A stretch of 50,076 nt of DNA from Alphaproteobacteria bacterium (GTDB lineage Bacteria; Pseudomonadota; Alphaproteobacteria; CACIAM-22H2). Position 1 is the first letter of the stretch, and each line of letters starts with the position of its first letter. Location: positions 1-50,076 of the forward strand of contig VGEI01000001.1 in the NCBI GenBank assembly GCA_016869415.1. Reading direction: 5' to 3'. A program made the position numbers and the translations under genes. This document shows positions 49,758-50,076 of this stretch, in pieces. The notes under the pieces were generated by a model. That model saw nothing but the letters and a program-made list of their open reading frames with translations. It did no database searches and was not told the DNA's origin.

Positions 49758-50028
49758 TTCCGCGCCAGCACACGACACACCAAATCCTAGACCGGTCTGC
49801 CCGGCGCCGCTACAGCCGATATCCGGTAGATTTTAGATATGTTATTGAAATTAGGAGCTTAAGAAGTGTGCCTAAGACCGCCGCGCGCTCGCCACAGGCT
49901 CTGGCGGGCCCGTTATGGCCAGGCGCGGTCGACTTCCTTCACGGTCGCTGCCTCGCTTGGGGTCTCGGAGCGGCCTTCGAGATCGGCTAGCGTCGTGATC
50001 GTCGTCATTCCGTGCCGCCGGCAAGGGA

Positions 50029-50076
50029 TGGCGTCCCCGAGAGGACTCGAACCACCGACCTACGGTTTAGAAAACG
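50029..50076 (-). tRNA. Partial tRNA (3' two-thirds), probably tRNA-Arg(UCU); truncated by the window end
   Basis: The reverse complement reads CGT-TTTCTAA-ACCGT-AGGTC-GGTGG-TTCGAGT-CCTCT-CGGGGAC-G-CCA. That gives anticodon loop, variable loop, T-arm, acceptor 3' strand and an encoded CCA. A T:T mismatch in the T-stem and a C:C mismatch in the anticodon stem lower confidence. Confidence 0.6.

Noticed and set aside
48348-49778. Short-period DNA repetition that could be mistaken for a repeat array or CRISPR
   Set aside because: The 15-nt periodicity is imperfect, lies wholly inside one long ORF and encodes pentapeptide repeats. There is no repeat-spacer organisation and there are no cas genes.
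49913-50008. 31-aa minus-strand ORF (MTTITTLADLEGRSETPSEAATVKEVDRAWP) next to the tRNA
   Set aside because: It has only a weak GGA upstream, no recognisable family and is very short. The evidence is insufficient to call it a gene.
50029-50076. Reading the tRNA anticodon as CUA (amber suppressor or pyrrolysine-like)
   Set aside because: That register needs a loop of TTCTAAA with a T:C closing mismatch and breaks the standard 5-nt variable loop. The UCU (Arg) register fits the arm lengths better. The 5' half of the tRNA is not in the window.

Overview
This is a high-GC chromosomal segment that looks alphaproteobacterial (Hyphomicrobiales/Rhizobiales-like). Strong GC3 bias produces many long antisense shadow ORFs, which I rejected. 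I support about 50 protein genes, one partial tRNA and several hairpins or palindromes. All family calls come from motifs read by eye in the supplied translations; no searches were run.

Gene order, left to right:
- Cytochrome c maturation genes ccmF' (start only), ccmE, ccmD and ccmC on the minus strand. ccmD is a 56-aa ORF missing from the ORF track.
- A plus-strand DeoR regulator, a 4-gene ABC importer and a metallophosphoesterase, wedged inside the ccm locus.
- ccmB and ccmA (minus strand).
- A ~22.6 kb accessory-looking block. It holds a nitrilase-superfamily hydrolase and a HAAT (Liv-type) ABC system flanked by two CoA ligases. It also holds a second HAAT operon headed by a benzoate-CoA-ligase-like gene and ending in an alpha/beta hydrolase. 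Next come a BoxR-type regulator with boxC and boxB (no boxA or boxD), two orphan ORFs and a LysR regulator with a divergent small ORF.
- Housekeeping genes: acnA, a small secreted ORF, DUF1223, htpG, an SUV3-like helicase, an S4-domain protein, two tandem TerC-family genes (one fused to a USP domain), fdxA and carD.
- A PPP-phosphatase-like protein with degenerate catalytic motifs, an SNase-like nuclease, pip, a His/Tyr-rich surface-antigen-like protein, a PagL-like hydrolase, DUF2336, a pentapeptide-repeat protein and the 3' part of a tRNA at the right edge.

I saw no transposase, integrase, CRISPR array, restriction-modification genes or recognisable defence genes.

The most noteworthy items:
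- the incomplete box cluster with a perfect TGCA-N6-TGCA palindrome in front of boxC;
- a signal-peptide-bearing orphan ORF in the slot where boxA is expected;
- the apparently catalytically dead PPP-like protein;
- the TerC-USP fusion;
- the two blocks that interrupt the ccm/acnA neighbourhood.
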